Positions 9,253 through 18,383 of a stretch of 64,000 nucleotides of DNA are shown one piece after another. Each line of letters opens with the position of its first letter. Position 1 is the stretch's first letter. A model generated the notes under the pieces. It saw only the letters and a list, made by a program, of their open reading frames with translations, was not told the DNA's origin and did no database searches. The stretch comes from Burkholderiales bacterium (lineage in GTDB: Bacteria; Pseudomonadota; Gammaproteobacteria; Burkholderiales; Burkholderiaceae_D). The stretch spans positions 1,255-65,254 of the forward strand of contig JBBQNW010000001.1 of NCBI GenBank assembly GCA_038330335.1, read 5' to 3'. A program made the translations under genes and the position numbers.

Positions 9253-10208
9253 TAGTCAAAACGATACCCAAAGTGACACCCAAAGCGACATTGAGCAAGG
9301 GCCCAGCGCCGCTTCCGGAAAAATTACAAACGCAAATCGATCAATTTTGCGATACTTTGTGGCTGGAAGACGGTCTGGCAAAAAATTCACTGGAAGCCTA
9401 CCGACGTGATATGCGTTTATTCGCTGAATGGTTATATGCGGAAAGCCAAAAAGACTTGTTACAAGTGACTGAAGCCGATATTTTTTTATACGTGGAACAG
9501 AAGCAGGGTGAATCAAAGGCGACCTCAGCAAACCGTCGTATGACGGTGTTGAAACGTTTTTACCAAATGGCTTTCCGGCAAAATCAGATCAGTAGCAATC
9601 CGTGTACCAAATTGAAATCAGCCAGGCAGGCCAGTCGTTTACCAAAAACACTTAGCGAAAAACAGGTAGAGACATTGTTGGCGGCACCCGATGACAGCAC
9701 CCCACTGGGTTTGCGTGACCGTACTATGCTGGAATTGCTGTATGCCTGTGGTTTGCGTGTGACAGAGCTGGTGTCATTGCGCTCACTGGAAATGAGTCTG
9801 AATGATGGGGTGTTACGGATTACCGGAAAAGGCAATAAAACCCGTCTGGTGCCTTTCGGGGAAATCGCCAGAAGCTGGCTGGAGCGCTACCTGCGGGAAG
9901 CCAGGCCGCTCATCTTGGCCGGGCAGATTGATGACGCCTTGTTTGTTACCGGCAGAGGTGGTGCTATGACCAGGCAGATGTTCTGGATTATCATCAAAAA
10001 ATACGCCAGCCAGGCCAATATCCTCGCGCCCTTATCGCCGCATACCTTACGTCACGCATTTGCTACACATTTGCTCAATCATGGCGCTGACCTCAGAGTG
10101 GTGCAGCTACTGTTAGGGCATGCAGATATTTCCACCACGCAAATTTATACGCATGTCGCACGTGAGCGCTTAAAACAATTACACGCCCAACACCATCCTC
10201 GCGGTTAA
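9237..10208 (+). CDS. xerD: Site-specific tyrosine recombinase XerD
   Basis: LWLEDGLAKNSLEAYRRD, RDRTMLELLYACGLRVTEL, SPHTLRHAFATHLLNHGADLR, LGHADISTTQIYTHV and C-terminal HHPRG. The true start may be TTG 9291. Confidence 0.95.
   Translation: MESQVIVKTIPKVTPKATLSKGPAPLPEKLQTQIDQFCDTLWLEDGLAKNSLEAYRRDMRLFAEWLYAESQKDLLQVTEADIFLYVEQKQGESKATSANRRMTVLKRFYQMAFRQNQISSNPCTKLKSARQASRLPKTLSEKQVETLLAAPDDSTPLGLRDRTMLELLYACGLRVTELVSLRSLEMSLNDGVLRITGKGNKTRLVPFGEIARSWLERYLREARPLILAGQIDDALFVTGRGGAMTRQMFWIIIKKYASQANILAPLSPHTLRHAFATHLLNHGADLRVVQLLLGHADISTTQIYTHVARERLKQLHAQHHPRG
9241..9288. repeat. Degenerate 12-bp repeat x4 at the ogt stop
   Basis: AATCCCAAGTGA / TAGTCAAAACGA / TACCCAAAGTGA / CACCCAAAGCGA. 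Confidence 0.7.
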
Positions 10209-10310
10209 GCCGGAGCATGTGTTCAGACGTTTTCTGAGTGACTGATAACTACTGGCTGCTGTCGGCGCTGGCATTGTCCATGCGGCATTTTTTCTGATGG
10301 GCCAACAATT

Positions 10311-10350
10311 TTTGATTTTCAATGATTTTCAGTGACTTTCAGGGATTTTC
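10311..10350. repeat. Degenerate 10-bp repeat x4 at the Sel1 gene stop
   Basis: TTTGATTTTC / AATGATTTTC / AGTGACTTTC / AGGGATTTTC; the last unit encodes the terminal ENP of the minus-strand gene. Confidence 0.75.
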
Positions 10351-11043
10351 TGTTTGGCCAGGTACCCATTCGTCGGCCAGATTTTTTGCTTCGGTGATCT
10401 GATCCTGGCTCATCTTCGGTTCAGCATAACGTCGATACGATACGGCCTCATCGTAGTCGCCAGCGAGAATAATCCATTTCATGGCTTCTACCATATTGAC
10501 GGTAACCCCTTTGCCTTTGAAATAAATCAAGCCGAGTTGATATTGGGCGCTGGCATTGTTTTGGTCCGCCGCTTTTTGCAGCAGTTCTCGTGCCAGTCGA
10601 TAATCACGTGGGGTGCCGGTGCCAGAAACATATAAGACACCCAGGCTATACTGGGCATCGGCATAGCCTTGGTCGGCCGCTTTCGTAAACCATGGGATGG
10701 CTTTGCCGTAATTGGCCACCACTCCCTTGCCTTTGGCATACATTCTGGCCAGATTGACTTGGGCACGTGCATTGCCTTGTTCCGCCGACTTGGTAAATAA
10801 GGAGAACGCCTGTCGGTAGTCTTGCGCTACCCCTTGCCCGTTCAGATACATCAGGCCCAGATTAAATTGCGCCTCAGAGTTACCTGTATCTGCCGATGTC
10901 TGAAACGCTTCGGCCGCAGCAGAATAATGATCTTCGCTGTACAACTCGACACCGTTAGTAAAATTGTCATCCCGGGCCTTTGTGGCAGCGAGTGTAGCTA
11001 ATGAGGCGACCGCTAGGAATAGCGACAGACACAAACGTTTCAT
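10339..11043 (-). CDS. Secreted Sel1-like repeat (SLR) protein
   Basis: Signal peptide; four 36-aa repeats of the type AQFNLGLMY..G.GV..DY..A..WF.KAA.QG. Confidence 0.9.
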   Translation of the reverse strand: MKRLCLSLFLAVASLATLAATKARDDNFTNGVELYSEDHYSAAAEAFQTSADTGNSEAQFNLGLMYLNGQGVAQDYRQAFSLFTKSAEQGNARAQVNLARMYAKGKGVVANYGKAIPWFTKAADQGYADAQYSLGVLYVSGTGTPRDYRLARELLQKAADQNNASAQYQLGLIYFKGKGVTVNMVEAMKWIILAGDYDEAVSYRRYAEPKMSQDQITEAKNLADEWVPGQTENP

Positions 11044-11225
11044 GGTGCAGTTCTCAGGTTGGGATTGACGTAGGCCGAAGACAAAACCTTATTGGCACCG
11101 GTGAGCGCTATTTTAATCTCGTTTGCAGAGACATCAATGTGCAAATTCGTCGATGCAAGCATTGTGTAAAGCCTGCTAAGACCGGCGAAAAAGCTATAAT
11201 GCGCGTCTAAAGAAAAGGATTTATC

Positions 11226-11438
11226 ATGAAAATGCGAACCAAAAGACGTCATCTGAACTACCGTTCCACCTACAACTATCAGTTGAGTCTGGTGTTGGAA
11301 GCGGCATTTGCCGAATTTAAAGAAAATTTTGCGGAACAGGGAAGCTCGTTAAACAGCTCGTTTGACTCTGTGATGCAACTTAGCGAGAGCTATCGTCACT
11401 TTAAGAAATTTGCGATGCGTTTTGTTATCGCTCGTTAA
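11226..11438 (+). CDS. Hypothetical 70-aa protein
   Basis: TATAAT at 11195-11200 and AAGGA RBS at 11215-11219; fills an intergenic gap; no motif recognised. Confidence 0.5.
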   Translation: MKMRTKRRHLNYRSTYNYQLSLVLEAAFAEFKENFAEQGSSLNSSFDSVMQLSESYRHFKKFAMRFVIAR

Positions 11439-11632
11439 TTTACCAAGATCATTATTCTGGTAATGACTGGATAAAGACGGCAACTCTGGCATAAAGCATC
11501 ATGGCAGATGGCCGGCTGATTTTCCTTGCATTAATGTGGCTCTGGTTCTGCTGGTGTTTTGCTTTTTATTAAAGCAATTTTCCAGTAAAGCCAGAGCCAT
11601 TTTATTAATTGATTAATTGATTAATTAATAAA

Positions 11633-12826
11633 TTAATATCCGGCGTCTTTGAGAAACTCGCCACGCGCAGCCAGCGCCGTGTCAGTAAAATCAGAAAACA
11701 GACCATCGACACCGAGTCTGAAGAATTGTTTGTATTCTTCTTTCGGATCGCCTTTGTAATTGCTGGCAAGGCGACGTTTTTCGTTGCGGAAAGTATAGGG
11801 ATGCAGCATCAGGCGGGCTTTATGGGCATCGGCGATCAGTGTGCCTGGTTCCATCGTCGTGGTGTCGGCGTCGTTAATTTTTCCGTCACCGTTAATATCA
11901 ACGATTTTTCCATCAGTACCAACGGTGCCTTTGACGCTGACGATATAGCGTTTCCAGGGGCCGATTCCATCGGCATACGTTTTGATTTCCGCCAGGCCTG
12001 CAGGCGTCACCATGTCGGAAAACAGGCGCTTGTCACCCGCCAATGCCCAGTCGGCCGGGCGATCGTAAGGGGCTGCGTAAGTGAGTTTCCCTGTTTTAAG
12101 ATCGACGTCATCGGCATCAATGAGTTGAATGAGTTTGGTATTGAGGCCTTTACTGCGCATTTCTTTCAGGCTGCCGGGTTCAAAAGATTGTACGTAGATC
12201 GGTGCCGATTTGTCGTTCCAGCCCGCTTGTTTAATCAAGGCAATCAGCTTGTCTTCGAGTGGCAAGCCAAGTGCCCGATGGTAGCTGGGGTTTTTGGTTT
12301 CCGGATAGACCGCAATGACGCGGCCGGTCTCTTTGGATTTGGCTTTGACCAGATCAATGATCTCTTGAAAACTGACTAATTTATAGAGGCCGTTGTATTG
12401 TTGCGGACGTTCGGCATCGGTAGAAATGCCGCCCAGTGTCTTTATCTCCGCAAAAGTAAAATCGCTGGCAAACCAACCGGTCTGCGTTTCACCGTCAACA
12501 CTCACGGTTTTTTTGCGCGCCGCGAATTCGGGATGTTTGGAAACATCGGTACTGTAATCGAGATTGGGATCATGTCTGGCGATCAGGATGCCGTCTTTTG
12601 TCGATACCAGATCGGGTTCAATCGCATCAGCGCCGAGTTCTATCGCTTTGACATAGGCTTCATAGGTTTCTTCAGGAAGATAGCCAGAGGCGCCACGATG
12701 CGCCACGACGATGGGCTTTGCACCGTTGAGTGTCAGTAGTGGCAAGGGAGATGATCCGCCGCAAGCACTAAGCAGTGCCGCGACAGCGGAAGAGATGAAA
12801 AGGGTGGTCCGACGGGGTAGATACAT
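11633..12826 (-). CDS. Glycerophosphodiester phosphodiesterase, lipoprotein
   Basis: AHRGASGYLPEET, IEPDLV..KDG..IARHD, YPETK, QSFE, HPYTFRNE and GVDGLFSDF motifs; lipobox LSAC. Confidence 0.92.
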   Translation of the reverse strand: MYLPRRTTLFISSAVAALLSACGGSSPLPLLTLNGAKPIVVAHRGASGYLPEETYEAYVKAIELGADAIEPDLVSTKDGILIARHDPNLDYSTDVSKHPEFAARKKTVSVDGETQTGWFASDFTFAEIKTLGGISTDAERPQQYNGLYKLVSFQEIIDLVKAKSKETGRVIAVYPETKNPSYHRALGLPLEDKLIALIKQAGWNDKSAPIYVQSFEPGSLKEMRSKGLNTKLIQLIDADDVDLKTGKLTYAAPYDRPADWALAGDKRLFSDMVTPAGLAEIKTYADGIGPWKRYIVSVKGTVGTDGKIVDINGDGKINDADTTTMEPGTLIADAHKARLMLHPYTFRNEKRRLASNYKGDPKEEYKQFFRLGVDGLFSDFTDTALAARGEFLKDAGY

Positions 12827-12867
12827 GAATATTCTCGTAGTTGGGTAAAAACACAACGTTATAATTC

Positions 12868-12889
12868 AACTATGACCTTGTTATGACAT
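12868..12889 (-). promoter_or_regulatory. Pho-box-like direct repeat
   Basis: Minus strand reads TGTCATAACAA-GGTCATAGTTG (11-bp period), with TAACGT 10 nt after the second GTCAT; upstream of the GDPD gene. Confidence 0.6.
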
Positions 12890-12902
12890 GAAGGAAAAAA
12901 TC

Positions 12903-13394
12903 TTGGCAAAAAAAGAACATATATCAGAGACCCCCGCGACACATTTTTTACGTAAGCAGGGCGTACTATTTAGCGAGCATCCGTATACCTATGAAGAGCA
13001 CGGGGGCACCGCGGTGTCGGCCCGTGAGCTCGGTGTAGACGAGCACGCTGTGGTGAAAACATTGGTCATGCAGGATGACCAGGCGAAACCCTTAATTGTG
13101 TTGATGCACGGCGACTGTAAAGTATCCACGAAGAATCTGGCACGTCAGATCGGCTGTAAATCGGTAGAGCCGTGCAAGCCTGAGGTGGCACAAAGGCATT
13201 CCGGTTACATGGTCGGGGGCACCTCGCCATTTGGCACAAAAAAAGCCATGCCAGTGTATGTCGAACAGGGTATTCTTCGGCTGGATAAAATTTATATCAA
13301 CGGCGGCAAACGGGGTTATCTGATCGGGATTCATCCGGGCATATTAGAAGCCTTGCTAGCAGCATGTGCCGTAACGTGTGCTCTGGAAGATTGA
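12903..13394 (+). CDS. ybaK: Cys-tRNA(Pro) deacylase
   Basis: ETPAT, VVKTLV, SGYMVGGTSPFG and INGGKRG motifs. TTG 12903 follows AAGGA; the alternative start is ATG 12888. Confidence 0.92.
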   Translation: MAKKEHISETPATHFLRKQGVLFSEHPYTYEEHGGTAVSARELGVDEHAVVKTLVMQDDQAKPLIVLMHGDCKVSTKNLARQIGCKSVEPCKPEVAQRHSGYMVGGTSPFGTKKAMPVYVEQGILRLDKIYINGGKRGYLIGIHPGILEALLAACAVTCALED

Positions 13395-13465
13395 TCGTGG
13401 CTGCTAGCCCTGACGGCGTTACATCATGCTTAAATATTGAATAACTAGAAAAAGGAAGTCGTGGA

Positions 13466-14080
13466 ATGAATACTTTACTGGCAGTGCTTGCTGCTTATTT
13501 ATTGGGGTCTGTTTCGTTTGCGGTAGTCGTTAGTTATTTTTTCGGATTGTCCGATCCACGGACGTATGGCTCTAAAAATCCCGGTGCAACGAATGTGTTG
13601 CGTAGTGGAAATAAAACGGCAGCTGTCCTGACTTTGCTGGGCGATGGATTCAAAGGGTGGTTAGCGGTATGGCGGGCTATTCACTACGGCGATGCTTTTG
13701 GACTAGGAGACAATACCGTTGCGTTAGTGGCGGTGGCTGTTTTTCTGGGGCATTTGTGGCCAGTGTTTTTTAAATTCGTCGGTGGTAAAGGTGTTGCCAC
13801 TGCCTTGGGCGTATTGCTCGGCTTGAACCTGTGGCTGGGTGTGGCGACGCTCGCGACTTGGCTGATCGTTGTTTATGCTTTTCGCTATTCTTCTCTGGGG
13901 GCATTAGTTGCTGCAATATTTGCGCCTTTTTATTATGGATTATTATTCGGTCCTGACCTGAAGTTGCTGGCGATATTCGTCATGTGCGGCTTATTGATGT
14001 ACCGTCATGGTAAAAACATCACCAATCTGATGACGGGCAAGGAAAGTCGGCTCGGTGGCAAGAAAAAAAAATCTGACTGA
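13466..14080 (+). CDS. plsY: Glycerol-3-phosphate 1-O-acyltransferase
   Basis: [30 protein letters not shown] and RH..NI motifs. Confidence 0.95.
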   Translation: MNTLLAVLAAYLLGSVSFAVVVSYFFGLSDPRTYGSKNPGATNVLRSGNKTAAVLTLLGDGFKGWLAVWRAIHYGDAFGLGDNTVALVAVAVFLGHLWPVFFKFVGGKGVATALGVLLGLNLWLGVATLATWLIVVYAFRYSSLGALVAAIFAPFYYGLLFGPDLKLLAIFVMCGLLMYRHGKNITNLMTGKESRLGGKKKKSD

Positions 14081-14277
14081 GGATGCTGTGATTGAAGTGA
14101 ACCTCAAAAGCCGGGGTATTTTTAACCTCATCAGAGATGCTGCTGTTGCTATCCGTACATGATGCAAGTTAATATTTGCCCGTTTCGCCGCTAGCATCTA
14201 CAATTCCGTCCTGTTGAGGAAATGCGCGATATCCGAGCGCTCTCAGCCAGTTAATCGAAATAGTGAGTATAAAACCC

Positions 14278-14343
14278 TTAACGCAGTAGTCATGCGGGTT
14301 GCACGGGCTTTTGCGCCTGCAAGCCGCATCCCTACTGCGTTAA
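14278..14343 (+). other. 66-nt multi-stem hairpin in the fabI leader
   Basis: Perfect 12-bp outer arms TTAACGCAGTAG/CTACTGCGTTAA; inner ATGCGG/CCGCAT and TTGCA/TGCAA. Confidence 0.75.
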
Positions 14344-14357
14344 TACCTGGAGTTACC

Positions 14358-15140
14358 ATGGCATTTCTGCAAGGCAAAAAAATTCTGATCACCGGTTTGT
14401 TGTCTAACCGTTCTATCGCTTACGGCATTGCTAAGGCATGTAAGCGTGAAGGCGCCGAACTGGCGTTTACCTATGTCGGTGAACGTTTTAAAGACAGAAT
14501 TACCGATTTCGCCAAGGAATTTGATAGCGAATTAATATTTGATTGCGACGTCAGCAGCGACGAACAGATTGATGCTGTCTTCGTGGATCTGGCGAAGTCT
14601 TGGGATCGCCTGGATGGTTTGGTGCATGCCATCGGTTTTGCTCCCCGTGAAGCCATTGCCGGGGATTTTCTGGACGGGTTTTCACGCGAAGCGTTTAAGA
14701 TCGCGCATGATATTTCAGCCTATAGTTTCCCCGCGTTGGCTAAAGCCGCTTTGCCGATGATGCACCAGGATTCGGCTTTGCTGACCTTGTCCTATTTGGG
14801 CGCGATTCGCGCAATACCGTATTACAACACCATGGGTCTGGCGAAGGCTTCGCTGGAAGCGAGTGTGCGTTACCTGGCGGAAAACCTTGGTAAGCGTGGT
14901 ATTCGCGTCAATGGAATTTCAGCCGGGCCTATCAAGACGCTCGCTGCTAGTGGCATTAAAGACTTCAGTAAATTGCTGGGTTTTGTGGCGGAACATGCAC
15001 CTTTACGCCGCAATGTCACGATAGAAGAAGTGGGGAATACCGCTGCCTTCTTATTGTCGTCTTTGGCAAGCGGGATCACCGGTGAAATTACCTATGTTGA
15101 TGGTGGCTTCTCTCATGTCATGGGCCTGACACCGGAATAG
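14358..15140 (+). CDS. fabI: Enoyl-ACP reductase
   Basis: [19 protein letters not shown] and [12 protein letters not shown] motifs; GGAG RBS before ATG 14358. Confidence 0.97.
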   Translation: MAFLQGKKILITGLLSNRSIAYGIAKACKREGAELAFTYVGERFKDRITDFAKEFDSELIFDCDVSSDEQIDAVFVDLAKSWDRLDGLVHAIGFAPREAIAGDFLDGFSREAFKIAHDISAYSFPALAKAALPMMHQDSALLTLSYLGAIRAIPYYNTMGLAKASLEASVRYLAENLGKRGIRVNGISAGPIKTLAASGIKDFSKLLGFVAEHAPLRRNVTIEEVGNTAAFLLSSLASGITGEITYVDGGFSHVMGLTPE

Positions 15141-15151
15141 ATCGGTATCTT

Positions 15152-16024
15152 TTACTGCTTGAAAATAAGCGGACTGAAAGCCTTGGTTGAAATGGAAATC
15201 ATATCGCCCACTTTCAGTCCTGCCACTTCCTCTTGTGCTGCAATAATTTCTATCATGTCCTGTCCTATTAGTAACGACAGGACATAAATCACTTCCTCCT
15301 GACGTATTGCCAGTACTTGCGCACGCAAATTGAGCTTGCCTTGTAAGCGCTGCTGTAAAAACACTTCTGCAGGCGTGCCGGAGCGAGATATTTTCCCCTG
15401 TTCAAGCAGGTGTACCTGGTGCGACAACTTGAATACCTCACCAATATCGTGACTGACCAGGATCGTGGTCAAGCCGCATTCCTGATGTAAATTTTGTAAT
15501 TCATCCTGTAACTGCGCGCGCAATGGACCGTCCAGTGCCGATAGTGGTTCGTCAAGGAGTAAGAGTTTTGGTTTGCGTGCCAGTGCGCGTGCCAGAGCGA
15601 CGCGTTGCTTTTGCCCGCCCGACAGGCTGGCAGGTAAATGATGCCGCAATTGCGTCAGACCCGTCATGCTCAGTAAACGGTCTAACCATGCTGCTTGTCC
15701 TTTACCGGCGCCATAGGCGACATTCTCCAAGACACTCAGATGCGGGAACAAAGCGTAGTCTTGAAACACAAAACCGATTGAGCGCTGTTGCGGCGGCAGG
15801 GATATTTTTTTGCGGGCATTAAACCACGTGACACCATCGACGCTCAGGCAACCCTGATCCGGCGAAGTTAAGCCTGCCAGCATGCGTAGGATGGTGCTTT
15901 TGCCGGCACCCGATGGCCCAAAGATCGTGACAAAAGCCTGCGGTTCCACGGACAGCTGTACGTCGAGCTGGAGTGCACCGGAAACGCTGTGCAGCTGTTT
16001 TTGCAACTGGAGTTCGAGCATCAT
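15152..16024 (-). CDS. modC: Molybdate ABC transporter ATP-binding protein
   Basis: Walker A GPSGAGKS, LSGGQKQR, LLLDEP and a C-terminal TOBE-like domain. Confidence 0.88.
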   Translation of the reverse strand: MMLELQLQKQLHSVSGALQLDVQLSVEPQAFVTIFGPSGAGKSTILRMLAGLTSPDQGCLSVDGVTWFNARKKISLPPQQRSIGFVFQDYALFPHLSVLENVAYGAGKGQAAWLDRLLSMTGLTQLRHHLPASLSGGQKQRVALARALARKPKLLLLDEPLSALDGPLRAQLQDELQNLHQECGLTTILVSHDIGEVFKLSHQVHLLEQGKISRSGTPAEVFLQQRLQGKLNLRAQVLAIRQEEVIYVLSLLIGQDMIEIIAAQEEVAGLKVGDMISISTKAFSPLIFKQ

Positions 16025-16037
16025 AGGGATTCGCTCA

Positions 16038-16724
16038 TCAACGTGAAAAGGGCAGGAGATAGCGCCGCTTGCTCATGTAGACCACGAGTAGCACCACAAA
16101 ACTGATCGCAACTAAGGTCATCGCATAAAAATGCGCAGCGCCATAATTAAGACTTTCCACCTCATCATAGATGGCGATGGAGGCGACCTTGGTTACGCCC
16201 GGAATATTGCCGCCTATCATTAGCACGACGCCGAATTCACCGACGGTATGCGCAAAACTGAGCACGATACCAGCCAGTAAGGCCGACTTTATGTTCGGTA
16301 ATAGCACGCGGAATAAGGTCTGGCGATCAGATTTCCCTAGGGTGCGCGATGCCTCAACTAAAGAGAAAGGCAGGTTTTGCAAACCTGACTGGATCGGGTG
16401 CACCATAAAAGGAAGGCTGAAAATTACCGAGCCGATCACCAATCCGCTGAAACTAAATACCAGGCGAATATCGAAACTCTGCTGCAGCCATTCGCCGAAA
16501 GCATGTTGGGGACTAAACGCCAGCAGCAAATAAAACCCCAACACCGAGGGCGGCAGCACCAGAGGCATGCTCACCAGCGCCTCAAATAATGGTTTCAGAC
16601 GGGTACGGGAAAAGGCTAGCCAGTACGCGATGGGGATACCCAGTAACAGTAAAATAAGTGTCGTTAATGTGGCCAGCTGAAACGTCAGCAATAAAGGCTG
16701 CCAGTCGTAGGCAAAAAAACTCAT
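16038..16724 (-). CDS. modB: Molybdate ABC transporter permease
   Basis: PLVLPPSVLGFYLL, SLPFMV and HTVGEFGVVLMIGGNIPG motifs. Confidence 0.95.
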   Translation of the reverse strand: MSFFAYDWQPLLLTFQLATLTTLILLLLGIPIAYWLAFSRTRLKPLFEALVSMPLVLPPSVLGFYLLLAFSPQHAFGEWLQQSFDIRLVFSFSGLVIGSVIFSLPFMVHPIQSGLQNLPFSLVEASRTLGKSDRQTLFRVLLPNIKSALLAGIVLSFAHTVGEFGVVLMIGGNIPGVTKVASIAIYDEVESLNYGAAHFYAMTLVAISFVVLLVVYMSKRRYLLPFSR

Positions 16725-17131
16725 TCTTGTTCCATCGCCATTAAGCTCATTTCATTTGATTTGACCAGGCCTTCAACCTGATCCCCCATCGCCAGTTGCA
16801 GACTGCGGGCCGAACGCGATGTGATGATAGAGCTAATCATCAAACCGTCCATGTCGATGATGACACGTGTTAGTACCTGGCCGATTTCTATCATTGTGAT
16901 ACGCCCCGGAAAACGATTGCGCAGACTGATTTGGCCAGATAAATTTTTTGCCAGGGCAACTTCGGTTTCTTTAAATAGTAGTCTGACGGCTTGTCCGGGG
17001 TGCCAGGTGGCCAGTTGCCCGGCGCTGCCAAGTAAGGTCGCCGTAAAGCGATGTTCTGCAACCGCGACATCAATAATCGCCACGCTGCCATGGGCCTCAA
17101 TTGCGGCAATGTGACCAGAAAGAGTATTCAT
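16721..17131 (-). CDS. Stand-alone TOBE/molbindin-like protein
   Basis: ISLRNRFPG and SIITSRSARSLQL..GD.V..LVKSNE Mop/TOBE motifs; no HTH. Confidence 0.85.
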   Translation of the reverse strand: MNTLSGHIAAIEAHGSVAIIDVAVAEHRFTATLLGSAGQLATWHPGQAVRLLFKETEVALAKNLSGQISLRNRFPGRITMIEIGQVLTRVIIDMDGLMISSIITSRSARSLQLAMGDQVEGLVKSNEMSLMAMEQE

Positions 17132-17892
17132 GGCAGGGTATATCCATTGCGTTGCAAGATCAGGCGTGCCTTGGCTGAGTACAGAAAATCATAAAATTCT
17201 TGTGCCAGCGCAGGGTTATTTTCTTTGCCATGCTTGAGTATGACTGCCCCTTGCGCGATCGCCTGATAAGACGTTGACGGTAATTCTATCCAGGTTCCCT
17301 GTCCTTGCATTTCGGCTGAGCTGACGACGGATTTTGCGGTAAAACCCAGATCAGCCACGCCAGAATGGATATATTGGTTCGTCTGCGAAATACCTTCACC
17401 AAATACCAATTTCGATTTCAGGCTGTCGTCTATATGGTAATACTGAAGTGCCCTCATCGCTTCACGACCGTAGGGCGCTGTTTTCGGGTTGGCTAGGGCA
17501 ATTTTTGCGATGGCGTTGCTAGATAAGAGGGTTTGCCATTGCCGCAAGTCGCGTTTCTTCATGCTCCATAACACCAGCGTGCCATAGGCATAGACTTTGG
17601 GTGGTGCCGTAGTGAAGCCCTGTTTATGCAAGTACTCCGGGTATGCCATGTCAGCAGATAAAAATACATCAAATGGCGCACCATTCATGATTTGCGTGAC
17701 AAATTTCCCGGAAGAGTTATATGCCGCTTGTAATTCGTGCCCGCTGTCTTTTTTGAATTCGGCCTTGATATCGTCAAAAGCATATTGAATATTTGCGCTG
17801 ACCGCCACAGAAAGACTGGCTGCCGATGTGGCAGATGCCGCAGCGCAGCATAGCAGTGCCAGCAGGCGAGTGAGTGGTTGTTTGAATTTCAT
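17128..17892 (-). CDS. modA: Molybdate ABC transporter substrate-binding protein
   Basis: Signal peptide; SSGK..QI.NGAPFDVFLSAD and ANPKTAPYG motifs. Confidence 0.95.
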   Translation of the reverse strand: MKFKQPLTRLLALLCCAAASATSAASLSVAVSANIQYAFDDIKAEFKKDSGHELQAAYNSSGKFVTQIMNGAPFDVFLSADMAYPEYLHKQGFTTAPPKVYAYGTLVLWSMKKRDLRQWQTLLSSNAIAKIALANPKTAPYGREAMRALQYYHIDDSLKSKLVFGEGISQTNQYIHSGVADLGFTAKSVVSSAEMQGQGTWIELPSTSYQAIAQGAVILKHGKENNPALAQEFYDFLYSAKARLILQRNGYTLP

Positions 17893-18383
17893 AGCCTTTT
17901 GGTTCAATAATTCAATAAGTGGCGGCATCAATAAAGTAAATAATCGCAGGTAATCCATCTGCTGCATCAGGTAACTCTGCATTATGCGGTGTTGCTTAAC
18001 AACAAGGCATGGAATTAGACAACAATGCTGAAAATATCGCATTATTTTTTCGTGAAAAGCCAAAGTGGATCAATATAATAGTGCATTCTCCTGGCGAATC
18101 CTGTATAGTCGCTTTTTTGCACTGCAATATAATTTATTGTGGTGCGTATGCAGCACCGTAGCCTATGCGCATCTGGCAAGAATAGATGCCGCAATGTAAA
18201 AGCCCTCCCGCCCTGTATGTCTTGTTCCGTAAGAGACATCATCCCGGCGCAAAGCTTTTGTGCCGAAATTTCATCGTATACCTTTTTCAGACTGGTTTTC
18301 TTTGTTCATTTCGTTTGGTTGACGCTGCTTTTTTGCGCGCTTTGCTTTTGCATGGCGCTGATTTATAACGAGAGATAAAGTAA

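Noticed and set aside
9237-10208. Tyrosine recombinase as a phage or island integrase
   Set aside because: It has XerD-specific motifs and housekeeping neighbours; no att sites or cargo.
11726-12379. 217-aa ORF antisense to GDPD, and many similar short antisense or alternate-frame ORFs
   Set aside because: Shadow ORFs of well-supported genes, with no recognisable motifs.
17893-18130. ModE box upstream of modA
   Set aside because: No convincing match to the ModE inverted-repeat consensus.
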